From: Betaproteobacteria bacterium SCN2
Lineage (GTDB): Bacteria; Pseudomonadota; Gammaproteobacteria; Burkholderiales; Thiobacillaceae
DNA: 24,000 nucleotides
Direction: 5' to 3'
Assembly: GCA_008923285.1 (NCBI GenBank)
Contig: WBSG01000009.1
Coordinates: 44,114 to 68,113, forward strand
The position numbers were made by a program, and so were the translations under genes. A model generated the notes under the pieces. That model was given only the letters and a program-made list of their open reading frames with translations. It searched no databases and was not told the DNA's origin. Positions 22,894-24,000 of this stretch are shown piece after piece (the stretch's first letter is position 1; the number at the start of each line of letters is the position of its first letter).

Positions 22894-24000
22894 TCAGCAA
22901 GCCGTGGTGGGGTCGAGACTGGCCGCAACATGAAGCGCCCATTCTTTCCACTCTTCTGTTCTGTTGCTGCTCAAGACTCCATCCGGATTGGCTGTCGCAT
23001 GAACGACATACCGACGGATCAGATTGGCCATTTGCCAATCCGAGGCCGCCTTGATTAGCTGGGCGACACGCTCGCGTTCCATCTCGCGCCGTCGCTCCTC
23101 CTCCTGGCGCAGCCTGGCCTGCTCCGCACGCCTTTGCTCCTCTTCTTCACGTTCTCTGTGCCAAACCTGCCACTTGCGATCATTCTCACGCACCCGCACC
23201 ACAGCCAGATAAACCTTTCTGAAAACCTCCCCTAGTTTCGTTTCCAGAGGCGAATCCCCCTCGTCCGTTATCTCGACCTCGCCATACCCTGGGCGCCCCA
23301 CGTGAAGGCGCAGCCTCCCCGTCGGCACCAGGATTCGTGACAGCCAGGAGAATGTCTTCCCACTCCCGTCCTTGTCAGGGTGCGCTTCCTCCAATTTCTC
23401 GCTGATACGGATTTCGATTTCCGCCCCATGTCCCTTCAGCATGAAGCGGCCTTTTGACTCGCTGTACTCCGCGACAAACCCGCGTTGTTCCGCCTGGAAA
23501 AGAAAGGTGTTGATAATGGCCAGCGCACGCTCGTAGCCAAGCGGGCTCAGCCTGATTGGCATGGAATGATGGGTGCGGCAAAGTATCTGTCCGTAACTTG
23601 AGAAGACTCGCCATTGGTGTGCGCCCTCGGGCATCCGCCAGCCGCGGACCTTGCCGGCCTTTTCACGCTCGGCAAAGTGCTCAGCTATTTTGCGGTCCTT
23701 CTCAGCCTTGGCCGCCGCTTCTGTCAAACGTTTCTTAAAAGGTGCGACAAGCGGGTGCCAGCGCCCGGGCTTCAAGTCCACGGAGATCACGTTTTCAGGC
23801 TGCCGGTCAAACTCGACCATACCCTGCATCCAGCTCTTATCCTCTGCCGCTTCCTGGCTCGCCTCGACTTCTACCGGGTGACATATATATGTATCTCGAT
23901 CGCATTCCGCAGGAAGTGGCGTCTTGTTTACCTCCTTGCCGGCAGCGACCTTCGCCCAGTGCCCGGCCCTGGGGAGCGGGATATTCATGGCCTTGCAGAT
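22894..24000 (-). CDS. hypothetical protein with a Glu/Arg-rich coiled-coil C-terminal region; 5' end probably outside the window
   Basis: The frame stays open to the window edge. Bases 23989-24000 read ICKA before MNIPLPRAGHWAK. That fits a recurrent N-terminal pattern (...ICK.LNIP.P.RGYWAK) that normally sits some distance after the true start. Confidence 0.65.
   Translation of the reverse strand: MCKAMNIPLPRAGHWAKVAAGKEVNKTPLPAECDRDTYICHPVEVEASQEAAEDKSWMQGMVEFDRQPENVISVDLKPGRWHPLVAPFKKRLTEAAAKAEKDRKIAEHFAEREKAGKVRGWRMPEGAHQWRVFSSYGQILCRTHHSMPIRLSPLGYERALAIINTFLFQAEQRGFVAEYSESKGRFMLKGHGAEIEIRISEKLEEAHPDKDGSGKTFSWLSRILVPTGRLRLHVGRPGYGEVEITDEGDSPLETKLGEVFRKVYLAVVRVRENDRKWQVWHREREEEEQRRAEQARLRQEEERRREMERERVAQLIKAASDWQMANLIRRYVVHATANPDGVLSSNRTEEWKEWALHVAASLDPTTAC

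Noticed and set aside
1-24000. Search for CRISPR arrays, tRNA or rRNA genes, IS elements or terminal inverted repeats, and integrase or recombinase genes
   Set aside because: I found no regularly spaced direct repeats, cloverleaf-like segments or transposase/integrase-like ORFs by manual reading. If the island has mobility genes, they lie outside this window.

Overview
Gene-dense bacterial accessory region: I support about 25 CDS, 21 of them on the minus strand. GC content is visibly mosaic. I saw no rRNA, tRNA, CRISPR array, IS element or integrase. The gene content resembles a defence or stress island. It includes two HTH-WYL-WCX regulators, a tandem AAA+ ATPase with a PcfJ-like protein and a C39-like peptidase, and a Cas4-like/DUF2779 double nuclease. 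It also includes a coiled-coil protein with a PD-(D/E)XK-like C-terminus, ASCH, HIT, an HDAC-fold deacetylase, a cN-I-type HAD 5'-nucleotidase, a possible UDG-superfamily protein and a five-gene envelope operon. The main result from reading the DNA is two different 5-bp-spaced palindromes that occur only in promoter regions. GGCTCA-N5-TGAGCC occurs 3 times, including upstream of WYL regulator 1. TGCGACA-N5-TGTCGCA occurs 4 times, including the divergent promoter of WYL regulator 2. Together they appear to wire most of the island into two regulons. The second regulon includes a 263-aa FtsZ/tubulin-fold protein whose GTP-binding glycine loops are lost or degenerate. It is co-operonic with the DUF2779 nuclease, a pairing I do not recognise as a described system. 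All domain calls rest on motifs read by eye and remembered family signatures. No database search was run.
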